Shown here one piece after another: positions 37,634 through 47,346 of a DNA stretch of 62,872 bases. The position numbers and the translations under genes are program-made. Under the pieces are notes generated by a model that saw only the letters and a list, made by a program, of their open reading frames with translations, had not been told where the DNA came from and ran no database searches. Positions within the stretch are counted from its first letter, which is position 1. Each line of letters starts with the position of its first letter. The DNA comes from a virus (Duplodnaviria; Caudoviricetes), in IMG/VR virus record IMGVR_UViG_3300008107_007316, positions 1 through 62,872 of that record. One strand, written 5' to 3'.

Positions 37634-37895
37634 AGTATTTGGAGAACACTACTATCTTGATTTAGATATAATAGAAGAATATACTAAAATTGTCCCTGAT
37701 ATGGGGGCAACAGGTGAAACTGAAAACCATATCCATATTGTTAAGTATGAAACAATTAAATACTTAATTGAAACTGTAATGTCAGAAAATGAAACAATAG
37801 ACGAAAAATTGGGTATGAATTCAACTGAAGCATCGTTACCATTTAAAATTGCGTTTAATACTCTACTTTTTAAAAAAATAATAAATAAATTATAA
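37626..37895 (+). CDS. Hypothetical phage protein
   Basis: About 89-aa ORF in the operon (likely ATG 37626), ending PFKIAFNTLL. Confidence 0.7.
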   Translation: MFKVFGEHYYLDLDIIEEYTKIVPDMGATGETENHIHIVKYETIKYLIETVMSENETIDEKLGMNSTEASLPFKIAFNTLLFKKIINKL

Positions 37896-37899
37896 ATAT

Positions 37900-38961
37900 A
37901 TGAATCAAGAACAAATATCAAAGTTAGAGAGGTCTATCCAAAATATGAAGGATAAAACCTCAAGAATTTACTTTGTGGTACAAGATACCAAAGGTAATGC
38001 TAAGGCATCCATTCGATACATTTATCAAATGGCTATGGCACTTAAATCAGATGGTTATAACCCAATTATCTTACACGAAAAACCTGAATACTTTGGAGTA
38101 TCAGATTGGTTAGGTGATACCTATATGACGGAATTACCTCATAAAGCAATTGAGGGTAGTAACTTGGAAATTTCACCAGATGATTTAATTGTTATTCCTG
38201 AGATTTTTGGTTTCGTTATGGATCAAATAACAAAATTACCGTGTGGAAAAGTTGTTTTATGTCAGGCTTACGACCACATCTTTGAAACTTTACAACCTGG
38301 TCAAACGTGGTCGCAATTAGGTTTTTACAAATGTATTACAACATCTGAAAAACAAAAAGAATATATTGGTTCAGTTATGAGAAATATTTCATCTAGTGTT
38401 ATTACACCTGTTATTTCTGATGTATTTGAAAAACAAGAATTTCCACCAAAAACAATTATCTCAATTCATACTAGAGAACATAGAGATACTGTTAATTTAA
38501 TCAAAACATTCTATTCAAAATTTCCACAATACAGATGGATTACTTTCCGTGATATGAGAGGTCTATCTGAAAGTGAATTTGCAAATGCAATGAAAGAAAG
38601 TTTTATTTCTGTTTGGGTAGACCCAACGAGTGGATTTGGAACATTTCCATTAGAGTCAATGAAAATGGGTATACCTGTTATTGGTTTAGTACCTAATTTA
38701 GTACCTGAATGGATGAATGAGGATAATGGTATTTGGATTAATAATCATAATATGTTAGCCGATGTAATTGCGGATGTTGTACAAAATTGGTTAGAAGATA
38801 ACATAAATCCTGAATTATATGTTGAGATGGGAAAAACAATTTCCAACTACACTGATTTAACAAAATTTAACGAAGAAGTTATCAAAACGTTTAGTGATAT
38901 GATAAACACTCGTCTTGGAAATTTTGAAGAACAATTATCTAAATTTATAACAATTGAATAA
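37900..38961 (+). CDS. Glycosyltransferase (GT-B-like)
   Basis: DDLIVIPE, VVLCQ and SGFGTFPLESMKMGIPVIG (GT4-type E-x7-E region). Confidence 0.75.
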   Translation: MNQEQISKLERSIQNMKDKTSRIYFVVQDTKGNAKASIRYIYQMAMALKSDGYNPIILHEKPEYFGVSDWLGDTYMTELPHKAIEGSNLEISPDDLIVIPEIFGFVMDQITKLPCGKVVLCQAYDHIFETLQPGQTWSQLGFYKCITTSEKQKEYIGSVMRNISSSVITPVISDVFEKQEFPPKTIISIHTREHRDTVNLIKTFYSKFPQYRWITFRDMRGLSESEFANAMKESFISVWVDPTSGFGTFPLESMKMGIPVIGLVPNLVPEWMNEDNGIWINNHNMLADVIADVVQNWLEDNINPELYVEMGKTISNYTDLTKFNEEVIKTFSDMINTRLGNFEEQLSKFITIE

Positions 38962-38962
38962 T

Positions 38963-39769
38963 ATGAAAAATAAAAACACAATCTCAGTAATTTTACCAAT
39001 TAAATCAGCGGTTTCTGGTTTCTTTGAGGAATATTTAAAAAAAGCAATCGAATCAATTAAAGTTCAAAAAGAACAATTTGATGAATTAATTATTGTACAC
39101 ACAAATGAAAATCTATTAACTAAAGTTTTAACTGAATTTGATTTTGGTGACTTAAATGTTAAATTAGAATCTTGGACAAAAGAAGCAAATTTTGCGGATC
39201 AAGTTAATCACGGAGTTAGTTTGGCAACTTCTAATTGGATTTCAATTTTTGAATTTGATGATGAATACGCAAACATTTGGGTTAAAAATGTTAAAAACTA
39301 TATGGACATTTATCCAAACGTAGGGGCTTTTTTACCTATTGTTGTTGATGTTGACGATAAAGGTGTGTTTGTTGGGTTTACTAATGAGGCCACTTTTGCT
39401 GCAAACATATCTGAAGAAATGGGAATATTGACAAATGAAACATTACACACATATCAAAATTTCCAAATTTCCGGAATGGTTATTAGAAAGGATCTTTTTG
39501 TTGAAAATGGAATGATCAAAAGTAATTTTAAATTAACTTTTGGTTATGAATTCTTACTAAGAATGACTCAGAATTCAGTTAAATTTATGACCGTACCAAA
39601 AATTGGTTACAAACACAGTAATTTACGTGAAGGTTCTATTTTTTGGAATTACAAAAATGGTGAAGACCGTCTTAGTGAAGATGAGGTTAAATTTTGGATT
39701 GACTCAGCAAAAAAAGAATATTTCTTTAATACTCAAAGAGAAATAAATTATGAACCCCAAGAAATTTAA
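38963..39769 (+). CDS. GT2-like glycosyltransferase
   Basis: ISVILPI, QVNHGV, FEFDDEY, YEFLLR, PKIGYKH. Confidence 0.75.
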   Translation: MKNKNTISVILPIKSAVSGFFEEYLKKAIESIKVQKEQFDELIIVHTNENLLTKVLTEFDFGDLNVKLESWTKEANFADQVNHGVSLATSNWISIFEFDDEYANIWVKNVKNYMDIYPNVGAFLPIVVDVDDKGVFVGFTNEATFAANISEEMGILTNETLHTYQNFQISGMVIRKDLFVENGMIKSNFKLTFGYEFLLRMTQNSVKFMTVPKIGYKHSNLREGSIFWNYKNGEDRLSEDEVKFWIDSAKKEYFFNTQREINYEPQEI

Positions 39770-40515
39770 TGTCTGAAAATGAAAACGTATTAGACAAAAC
39801 GGATGGATTGAAAAAGAAGGGTAGAAAACCAAAAACAAATAATTATTTTGATGAAGTCGAGGAAAATGCGGTTAGAGAATATCTAACCGCAACCACAATG
39901 GATGAGAAGAATAGAATTTATAACAATTATTTAAGAATACCCTTAGACAAAATGATATCGTCAATTATAAGACGATATAAGTTATATAGAAAAGATATGA
40001 ATTTTGAAGAGATTCATATAGATACACATTCATTTTTAATGACTAAAATAGATAAGTTTAAACCAGCCAAAGAAAAAAAGGCCTACTCTTATTTTGGTAC
40101 TATTTGTAAAAATTATCTGATGGGACAAATAATGAAAGATCAGAAAGAAACAAATAGAAAAATATCATATGAAGATATATCATCTGATTTACAACATAGT
40201 CCTGATATGATCTATCATATTGATGACGATACCTTAACAACCGAAGAAATAATTAAAAAATTCTTAATAAAGTTAAAGGATTCTATGGGGGAAAAAACCA
40301 TAAGTGAACAAGAAGTTAAATTAGGTCAGGCATTATATGATATATTTGAAAATTATAATGATATATTTTTAGATACAAGTAATAATAAATTTAATAAAAA
40401 TATAATTCTTTTTGAATTAAGGGAGATGACAAATTTAAGTACAAAAGAAATTAGAACCTCAATTAAAAGATATAAGAAAGTTTACTTTCAATTAGTTCAG
40501 GATTTACTAAAATGA
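39769..40515 (+). CDS. Phage sigma factor (gp55-like late sigma candidate)
   Basis: NYFDEVEENAVREY, KMISSIIRRY and KFKP...KAYSYFGTICKNYL resemble sigma region 2 of gp55-like proteins. Confidence 0.65.
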   Translation: MSENENVLDKTDGLKKKGRKPKTNNYFDEVEENAVREYLTATTMDEKNRIYNNYLRIPLDKMISSIIRRYKLYRKDMNFEEIHIDTHSFLMTKIDKFKPAKEKKAYSYFGTICKNYLMGQIMKDQKETNRKISYEDISSDLQHSPDMIYHIDDDTLTTEEIIKKFLIKLKDSMGEKTISEQEVKLGQALYDIFENYNDIFLDTSNNKFNKNIILFELREMTNLSTKEIRTSIKRYKKVYFQLVQDLLK

Positions 40516-40524
40516 AATAATTAA

Positions 40525-40531
40525 TATTTAT
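40525..40531 (+). promoter_or_regulatory. TATTTAT putative late promoter
   Basis: 4 nt upstream of the ATG at 40536. Confidence 0.55.
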
Positions 40532-40535
40532 TAGT

Positions 40536-40904
40536 ATGCCAAGACCAAGTAAAAAAACAATTAATTTAACAAAGGATTCAATGTTATCCTTAATGCAAGA
40601 AATCTATAATGAAATTGTAGAGCAAAGAGCCACCGCAATTAGAATCCAAAACAAAATGTTAACTATGATGAAGGAGCCTGAAGATATGACTCTTATTGGT
40701 CCTGTTATTGAAAAACAACAAAAAATTATCAACGAATGCGTTGAAAAAAAATTAACCCTTTCTAAGTTACAATCCACAATGTGGCAAAAATCAACAGAAA
40801 AAGAAGATGATTTTACACTATCTGATATGGATTTAGATGACGAAACAATCCAAAGTTTAATACACAAAGATATTTCTGATGATAAAAATTATAAAATGAA
40901 ATAA
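40536..40904 (+). CDS. Hypothetical coiled-coil phage protein
   Basis: 122-aa ORF, first gene after a TATTTAT box. Confidence 0.7.
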   Translation: MPRPSKKTINLTKDSMLSLMQEIYNEIVEQRATAIRIQNKMLTMMKEPEDMTLIGPVIEKQQKIINECVEKKLTLSKLQSTMWQKSTEKEDDFTLSDMDLDDETIQSLIHKDISDDKNYKMK

Positions 40905-40906
40905 TA

Positions 40907-42841
40907 ATGCCATTAGATATTGACGACGGATATAAAAAAATAAAGAAAGAGGTAACCACAAAACAAAAATATAATCAAGTTAAAAAAGATATAAAACAAC
41001 TTGAGAAAAAGGCGGGTGATTCATTTGAAGATTGGGGTGGTGGTTTAGAAAGTAAATTTGGTAAATTTGCCAATAAACAATTAAGTTCTGCCGAAAAAGC
41101 AAAAGAAAAATTTCAAAAAGATTTTAAAACCCAATTTGATCAAATGTTAGAAATTAAATTTCTAACTCAAAAAAGTGGTGATAAAAAAACAACAAAATAT
41201 TTAAAAAAAACATTTGTTACCGCCATTGAACAAATAAAACCCCAAATATTTGATATTGTATCTGAATTAGGGGTTAAAGCGGTTGGGTGTGAATCTGAAC
41301 AGGAGTTTCCCGCAAATGCAACATTTTATATAAAGGTTGGGGCAATTGATTTTATGGGTCTTTTGAAAGAAGATCCAAATGAAACTATTGGTAAAATATC
41401 TTATGAACAAAATCCAATAGTATATAACACGGCACCATTTTCAATGAATAAAGAGTTGTACAGTAGGATACAAAATATTAACGTACCTTATTCCGCACCA
41501 ACGTTTGCCGGTGTGAACTATAAAGGACCATCTACTCAGGATTTATTTGATATAACATATGTTGAAAACTATAATGATCCTATTACAGGTAACTTAGTGG
41601 TTGGTAATTTTTTTAAAATAGATTTAAAACCTAGGTCTAATAACACAAATAAAGTTTCAGAATTTTTTAAAGATTATTATTCATCAATAGATATAATTGA
41701 TTACAAATACTTATTTACAAATTTAATAAATCAATTAACTGGATCCATCTCAATCGAAAAAAAAGATGGGGATAAAAAATTAATTGATTTCACTAAATTT
41801 TTAATGGTTATGAAACGGATATTTGGAATGTGTTTCGATGAAACTAAAGAAATAGATGTTTCAGGTATTGCCAAAGTATCACAAACAGATGTTGTTGATG
41901 ATGCCTTTTTTGAATTTAATGAGGTTGATTTAAGATATATTGATTCTGTGGTTTCTGACATTAAATTAGGTGTTGTTGAATTTGAAGATTGTGGTACCGT
42001 AAAATTACCCGTTGATGTTAATGCAGTTTTAGATACTTTAGATAGTTTAAAATTTAATCCGGGTACAAATAATAATAATGAAATTAACAATGCTGCGGAA
42101 AGTATAACAAAACCATTTGAAAGAAGAGGTCTTAATTTAGATCTTAGTTTTTTAAAAGAATACCCAAGAGCATTATTAATGACTATATTATCGCCTAAAA
42201 CAATTTTACCAATAATGATTATGGCAAAATCTTTAGGTCAAAGTACGGTAGATTCGGTTAACTCTTTAATGGAATTTGCTAAACAATTTAAATCATATAT
42301 TGTCCAATTAGCATCTAAAGTTATGGCTCTTTTTGTGAAAATATTATTTGACATAATTAAGGCAGATATTATTGCATTAACTAAATCAATATTGGCAGAT
42401 ATAAAAAATGAGTCGGTTGTTAAAAAATCGTTATTAGTATTGTCGTTAGTTGCTTTAATTACAAAGTTAGTGACAGATTTTAGACAATGTAAAAGTGTAA
42501 TAGATGATTTATTATCAATATTAAGTTTGGTAGAAAAATCAATGAAGGCACAGAAAAAACCATTACCTTATCCATTATTAGTTGCAAGTAGAGTATTAAC
42601 GGGGTTTTCAAAAACACGAGCAATGTTGAATGTAATCCAAAGGTTTGAGTCGTTAGGGTTACCAACGGGACCAATGCCAGATGGGAGTCCTAATTTATTC
42701 CTAGCTGCAGCAGATGCGATTATTGGTGCAATAGATGAAGAAGAAACAAAAAATGGTCAAGTACAAATTGCGGTAGATCCATTAAGTGTGTTACCTATCG
42801 GGACAACAATACCTCAAGTAGTTTACGGAAAAAAATTATAA
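40907..42841 (+). CDS. Hypothetical protein, probably virion/baseplate-associated
   Basis: 644 aa, C-terminal GLPTGPMPDGSPNL, upstream of the spike gene. Confidence 0.65.
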   Translation: MPLDIDDGYKKIKKEVTTKQKYNQVKKDIKQLEKKAGDSFEDWGGGLESKFGKFANKQLSSAEKAKEKFQKDFKTQFDQMLEIKFLTQKSGDKKTTKYLKKTFVTAIEQIKPQIFDIVSELGVKAVGCESEQEFPANATFYIKVGAIDFMGLLKEDPNETIGKISYEQNPIVYNTAPFSMNKELYSRIQNINVPYSAPTFAGVNYKGPSTQDLFDITYVENYNDPITGNLVVGNFFKIDLKPRSNNTNKVSEFFKDYYSSIDIIDYKYLFTNLINQLTGSISIEKKDGDKKLIDFTKFLMVMKRIFGMCFDETKEIDVSGIAKVSQTDVVDDAFFEFNEVDLRYIDSVVSDIKLGVVEFEDCGTVKLPVDVNAVLDTLDSLKFNPGTNNNNEINNAAESITKPFERRGLNLDLSFLKEYPRALLMTILSPKTILPIMIMAKSLGQSTVDSVNSLMEFAKQFKSYIVQLASKVMALFVKILFDIIKADIIALTKSILADIKNESVVKKSLLVLSLVALITKLVTDFRQCKSVIDDLLSILSLVEKSMKAQKKPLPYPLLVASRVLTGFSKTRAMLNVIQRFESLGLPTGPMPDGSPNLFLAAADAIIGAIDEEETKNGQVQIAVDPLSVLPIGTTIPQVVYGKKL

Positions 42842-42844
42842 ATT

Positions 42845-43072
42845 ATGGAATATAGTAGTGAAAAAAATAGAGTTACCTCTAATGAAATTGCGGAAATCAT
42901 TAAAGAACATAAAACAAGATCAAATAAAGATTTAGTGGTTGCTTTAGAATTTGTTAAAAAAGATTTTGAACTTACTAAAGAAAGTGTAATTAAAATGACA
43001 GAACATTTAGATAAATTAGAAGTTGCTTATAATATTATTTTAAAAGAATATAATTCAAGAAATGGAAAATAA
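42845..43072 (+). CDS. Small coiled-coil hypothetical protein
   Basis: 75-aa ORF overlapping the next start. Confidence 0.7.
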   Translation: MEYSSEKNRVTSNEIAEIIKEHKTRSNKDLVVALEFVKKDFELTKESVIKMTEHLDKLEVAYNIILKEYNSRNGK

Positions 43073-44600
43073 TAAAATGATATTTTTTGGTAGGGTTACC
43101 GATATTGATGACCCATTATTAATTGGTCGTATTAGGGTTGAACCCAAGGATGAGGTGCAAGCATTTATTTATCCTGAAAACTTTAATCCAAAAACAGATA
43201 AGTGGAAACAAAATGACCCGTTAATTTTTACACCATTAATACCTTATTATTTTAATCAAATCCCCCAAGTTGGTGAGTATGTTCACATATTTTATTCTAA
43301 TAAGGCAGAACCTATTGATGCCAACAAATTCTATATTCAAGGACCAATAAGTCGTCCATGGAATAATAAAAAAGAAGATTATAATAATGCTCAATCGGTA
43401 TTGGCGAGTGGTGAAAAACTACAACAAGCATTTTCACCTATAGATCCAACAACAGGTAAAGTAAATGTATCTTTAACCGGTGTTTATCCTTTGCCTGGCG
43501 ATAATGCTGTTTTAGGTAGAGGTACTGCTGATGTTGTGGTTAAAGAAAACGAAGTTTTAATACGTGCAGGAAAAACATTGTCTTCAGGAAATAATAATAT
43601 ACCTGTCGTTAGAAACGATTTAAGAAGTTTCTTACAAATATCAAGTTTTGAATTAGAAAACGTTAGTACAGGTACTGAAAATATTACTTCAGAAACTTTT
43701 GAGGACATCTCAACAAAAATGTATGTTCAATGGTCAATAACTAATTTAAGTTCTGTTTCACCAACATATGATGGTAAAGTTAGTGTTTATTCATTACCAG
43801 GTAATAATGATAATTATAAAGTATCAGTTATTAATCAAAGTATTGATCTTCTTGCGGGTCAAACAATCAGTCCAATATATGAAATAACATTTACGGGAAA
43901 AACTTTGTCCGACGCATCAACAATTATTAACAATTTAATTAGGGGGGTCAATGACGGAGAAATAACTTGGGATCCGGCATTAGGTTATCCAAATCAAACT
44001 ATTACCAATCAGTTCCCATTTTTTTACGGGGCGGACCAATCCACATATGAATACCTAATAACAGGATTCTCATCTTTAATAAATGCGTCATCAAATATTT
44101 TACAATCAAGTAAAGCAATGTTACTTAATAATAAAGTTTCTTTGAGTTATGCGTATGAAGAAAAAGGGTTTGGTTTAGTGTGGAAACAATCTCCCGAAAA
44201 ATTAGGGATATTACCTGAACTAAAAAGTATTGATGTTGAAAAAAGAGATTACTTGGTTCAACCAGTAACATACTCTGTTTTGGGTGGAGATAAGTTATAT
44301 TTACTTACAAATAAATCTAAAGGTAAATTCCAAATTGATTTAAAGGATACCTTATATGGGATACCTCAATCTAAACTAGCGATAGATATATATAAGAAAA
44401 CTAACTCAATGGTTAGGGGTGAAGAACTTATGAATTTATTAAATCAGATAGTTGATTTTATGTTAACCCACGTACATCCATTTCCTGGATTACCCCCAAT
44501 TAAAGAATATCCAAATGCCGGTGTTTCGGGAAGAAAAATTGAGGAAACTATTAATAATGCCGAAAATAACATTCTAAATCAAAATATCCGAATTAATTGA
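43062..44600 (+). CDS. Baseplate central spike (gp5/GpV-like)
   Basis: N-terminal OB-fold motif GRVTDIDDPLLIGRIRV...IPQVGEYVHIF; C-terminal VRGEEL...THVHPFPG (HxH spike tip). Confidence 0.75.
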   Translation: MENNKMIFFGRVTDIDDPLLIGRIRVEPKDEVQAFIYPENFNPKTDKWKQNDPLIFTPLIPYYFNQIPQVGEYVHIFYSNKAEPIDANKFYIQGPISRPWNNKKEDYNNAQSVLASGEKLQQAFSPIDPTTGKVNVSLTGVYPLPGDNAVLGRGTADVVVKENEVLIRAGKTLSSGNNNIPVVRNDLRSFLQISSFELENVSTGTENITSETFEDISTKMYVQWSITNLSSVSPTYDGKVSVYSLPGNNDNYKVSVINQSIDLLAGQTISPIYEITFTGKTLSDASTIINNLIRGVNDGEITWDPALGYPNQTITNQFPFFYGADQSTYEYLITGFSSLINASSNILQSSKAMLLNNKVSLSYAYEEKGFGLVWKQSPEKLGILPELKSIDVEKRDYLVQPVTYSVLGGDKLYLLTNKSKGKFQIDLKDTLYGIPQSKLAIDIYKKTNSMVRGEELMNLLNQIVDFMLTHVHPFPGLPPIKEYPNAGVSGRKIEETINNAENNILNQNIRIN

Positions 44601-44607
44601 TATTTAT
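44601..44607 (+). promoter_or_regulatory. TATTTAT putative late promoter
   Basis: 13 nt upstream of the ATG at 44621. Confidence 0.6.
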
Positions 44608-44620
44608 ATAAAAAAATGTA

Positions 44621-46084
44621 ATGTCAATAAATAATTCATATTTTAGTAGGAATAATACCATATTATATAATAATCTAACAAATACGGGTAGAAACCCTGT
44701 TATGGAATTATATTATGGTGAAGATGGAATTGTTAATCCAAGAGGATTTAGTCGTTTTATTTTTGACATTGATTTATCTTTACTTACTCAAAAAATAAAC
44801 GATGGGACTATATCAACGGGATGTACGTCAGCAATGACACACACCTTAAATATGACTAATACATCATATTTTGATAAAGATTTTTTGAACACGTCAACAT
44901 CTCAAGGTAGATATAGAGCAACATCATTTGATCTTTTCTTATTTAGAATTCCACTTAATAATAGTACAATACCCGGAACACCTCAAAATTGGGATGAGGG
45001 AGTTGGATATGATTATATACCAACAAGTACGGTGGTATTTGAAGATAAGAATTATTCTGACAGACCATCAAATTGGTCAGCAACCACAACAATAGATAGT
45101 TGGCAAGAACCTGGAATATATAGTAATACTAATACGGGAGCATTTAATTATAATCAATTACAAATTATAGATACCCAACACTTTGAGTTTGGGGATGAAA
45201 ATATTGAGTTTGATATGACAAATGAAATCAACTCAATATTAAACGGTTCTATTACCGATCCGGTTGGTTGGGGTATTGCTTATCTACCACAAGTAGAAAA
45301 CATCTCAGGGACCACCGGAACGTATTCTGTGGGATTTTTTACAAGACATACACAGACATTCTACGAACCATTCTTACAAACAAACTATAATGACTTAATT
45401 GAAGATGATCGAAATTTATTTACATTGGGTAAAGTTAATAAGTTATATCTTTATGTATATGAAGATGGAGATTTCCAAAATTTAGATTTTGATCCTGTTG
45501 TTGAAATTAGAGATACCACTTGTACGGCAATACCTGGTTTAACAGGTCTAACAACTTGTCGTAGAGCAAAAGGTGTATATGAAGTTGTTATTCCCCCACT
45601 TATTGGTTATAAAACACCTTGTATATTTAATGACGTTTGGAGTAATTTATATCTTAATGGTTTTCCATTACCTAATGTAACTAACGAATTTACCATATAC
45701 CCATTACAAAAATCTTTACAGATTGGTACCTTATCTCAGGAACCATCTATTTATGGTTTTGATTTCTATGGGATTAAACAAGATGAGAAAATATTAAACA
45801 CTGATGTTCGTAAAGTAGGGGTAGTTATTAAAAAGGCTTATACTGCAAATCAACTTTTACTTAAAGTAGATGCTTCCTATAGAGTTTATGTGAAAGAAGG
45901 TTCTACTGAAGTACAAGTACAGGATTGGACAAAAATAAATAGGACACCAAATGAATACTATTTCATATTTGATACAAGAGATAAAATACCAAACGAATAT
46001 TTTATTGATATAAAAGTGTTAAGTAGTGGTGAAGTTAATACTTATAAGAAACAGATTAAATTTCAAATCGTAAATAAAAAATAA
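44621..46084 (+). CDS. Putative virion structural protein
   Basis: 487 aa with NTGRNPVMEL, SRFIFDID, WDEGVGYDY and FFTRHTQTFYEPFL; beta-rich and preceded by the late motif. Confidence 0.7.
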   Translation: MSINNSYFSRNNTILYNNLTNTGRNPVMELYYGEDGIVNPRGFSRFIFDIDLSLLTQKINDGTISTGCTSAMTHTLNMTNTSYFDKDFLNTSTSQGRYRATSFDLFLFRIPLNNSTIPGTPQNWDEGVGYDYIPTSTVVFEDKNYSDRPSNWSATTTIDSWQEPGIYSNTNTGAFNYNQLQIIDTQHFEFGDENIEFDMTNEINSILNGSITDPVGWGIAYLPQVENISGTTGTYSVGFFTRHTQTFYEPFLQTNYNDLIEDDRNLFTLGKVNKLYLYVYEDGDFQNLDFDPVVEIRDTTCTAIPGLTGLTTCRRAKGVYEVVIPPLIGYKTPCIFNDVWSNLYLNGFPLPNVTNEFTIYPLQKSLQIGTLSQEPSIYGFDFYGIKQDEKILNTDVRKVGVVIKKAYTANQLLLKVDASYRVYVKEGSTEVQVQDWTKINRTPNEYYFIFDTRDKIPNEYFIDIKVLSSGEVNTYKKQIKFQIVNKK

Positions 46085-46098
46085 AAAAAACAAAAGTC

Positions 46099-46293
46099 AT
46101 GGGAGACGGAGAATTAACAACAACAAGCGCAAACACACCATCAACTGTTTGTGTACAAATATGTACAACAGGAGACACTGGGTCTACTGTGGTATCTGTA
46201 AACCCACCTCATCCAACTTGGAGTAGTCAAGATGGAGGTGATGTATTACAATTAAACATGGTACTCATTGGGGGTAACGGATTAAATGGATAA
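46099..46293 (+). CDS. Small Thr/Gly-rich putative virion protein
   Basis: 64 aa with CxxxC, PPHPTW and GGNGLN; A-rich start context. Confidence 0.65.
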   Translation: MGDGELTTTSANTPSTVCVQICTTGDTGSTVVSVNPPHPTWSSQDGGDVLQLNMVLIGGNGLNG

Positions 46294-46296
46294 ATT

Positions 46297-46863
46297 ATGA
46301 AAAAAATAATTAAATTAAAAGAATCTGATCTTAGCATGATCATTAAAAAAATCCTTAGAGAAAATGAGGATAGAGGAAATAGATATATGTTTTTTTCTAA
46401 TTTAGAACAAATGAGAAGACAATGTGATTTACTTTTAGATTTGGACTCTGAAATGGTCGAATCTATTTTAGAAAATGGTCACGATTGGGCTCAAGATCAT
46501 ATTGCCGAAGCAAAAAATAACATGGATCAAGTTTTTGATTTTATTATGAATGAATCAAAAAAAGATGGTATGGAATTGTCTATGAATATTGACGATAAAG
46601 ATATGGTAATGTCAGAAGAAGATGATATTATTGATGATTTAGCAATGACAGAAAAAGATCCAGATAAAGCACTGGCTTTATATCAAATGAATGAGGGAAG
46701 AAAAAAAACAGGTACTAAACTTTGTGTTAGAGGAAAATCAGCGGCAAAAGCAAAGTTTGATGTATACCCTTCCGCATATGCCAATGGATATGCTATCCAA
46801 GTATGTAAAGGAAAAATTAAAGGTCTTGACGGTAAAAAACAATGTTCAGGAACTTATTGCTAA
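46297..46863 (+). CDS. Putative internal head protein with C-terminal YPSAYA module
   Basis: N-terminal MKKIIKLKESDLSMIIKKILRE; acidic middle; C-terminal KLCVRGKSAAKAKFDVYPSAYANGYAIQVCKG. Confidence 0.7.
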   Translation: MKKIIKLKESDLSMIIKKILRENEDRGNRYMFFSNLEQMRRQCDLLLDLDSEMVESILENGHDWAQDHIAEAKNNMDQVFDFIMNESKKDGMELSMNIDDKDMVMSEEDDIIDDLAMTEKDPDKALALYQMNEGRKKTGTKLCVRGKSAAKAKFDVYPSAYANGYAIQVCKGKIKGLDGKKQCSGTYC

Positions 46864-46900
46864 TAATTTAATAAAAATTTTTTTATTTAATTTTTTTATA

Positions 46901-46908
46901 TATCTTTG
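46901..46908 (+). promoter_or_regulatory. Bacteroidota-type -7 promoter element
   Basis: TATCTTTG is an exact TAnnTTTG match 18 nt upstream of the ATG at 46927. Confidence 0.55.
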
Positions 46909-46926
46909 TAACATAAATTAAAAAAT

Positions 46927-47346
46927 ATGTGGTTAAAAAGATTAATGAAAAGAATAAAAGTTAGATGGATTCTTTGGACAAAAAGATCATCTATGATGAA
47001 AACATATCAAGAAGAAGTAGTTTCTTATGAAAAAACTTGTTTTAAGATATGTTTAAAATTAATATCAAATCCTAATTCTGATTTTATGATTGCTCCAATG
47101 TCTCAAAAAAGATACATTGTTAATAATGAATTTGGGATTTTTATTATGATGGATTATGGAAGAGTTGAGATAACTAATCACGTTTTTAATTATAATGTAA
47201 AATTATCAGATAGGGATTGGCAAAGATTGATTTATATATTTGATATTGAAACAGAAAAAAGACGTACTCAAACAGAAAGTGAGGTTAACTCAAGGATAAC
47301 ACATTCATTAGATATGGTTTTAGAACGTATTTCTAATCTCAGTTAA
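46927..47346 (+). CDS. Hypothetical phage protein
   Basis: 139-aa ORF with its own host-type promoter. Confidence 0.7.
   Translation: MWLKRLMKRIKVRWILWTKRSSMMKTYQEEVVSYEKTCFKICLKLISNPNSDFMIAPMSQKRYIVNNEFGIFIMMDYGRVEITNHVFNYNVKLSDRDWQRLIYIFDIETEKRRTQTESEVNSRITHSLDMVLERISNLS

Noticed and set aside
37891-37898. T4-type TATAAATA late box in sense orientation before the 37900 gene (similar ATAAATA runs before phoH)
   Set aside because: It overlaps an upstream stop codon inside a tightly packed operon in a very AT-rich genome and is not seen consistently before structural genes.
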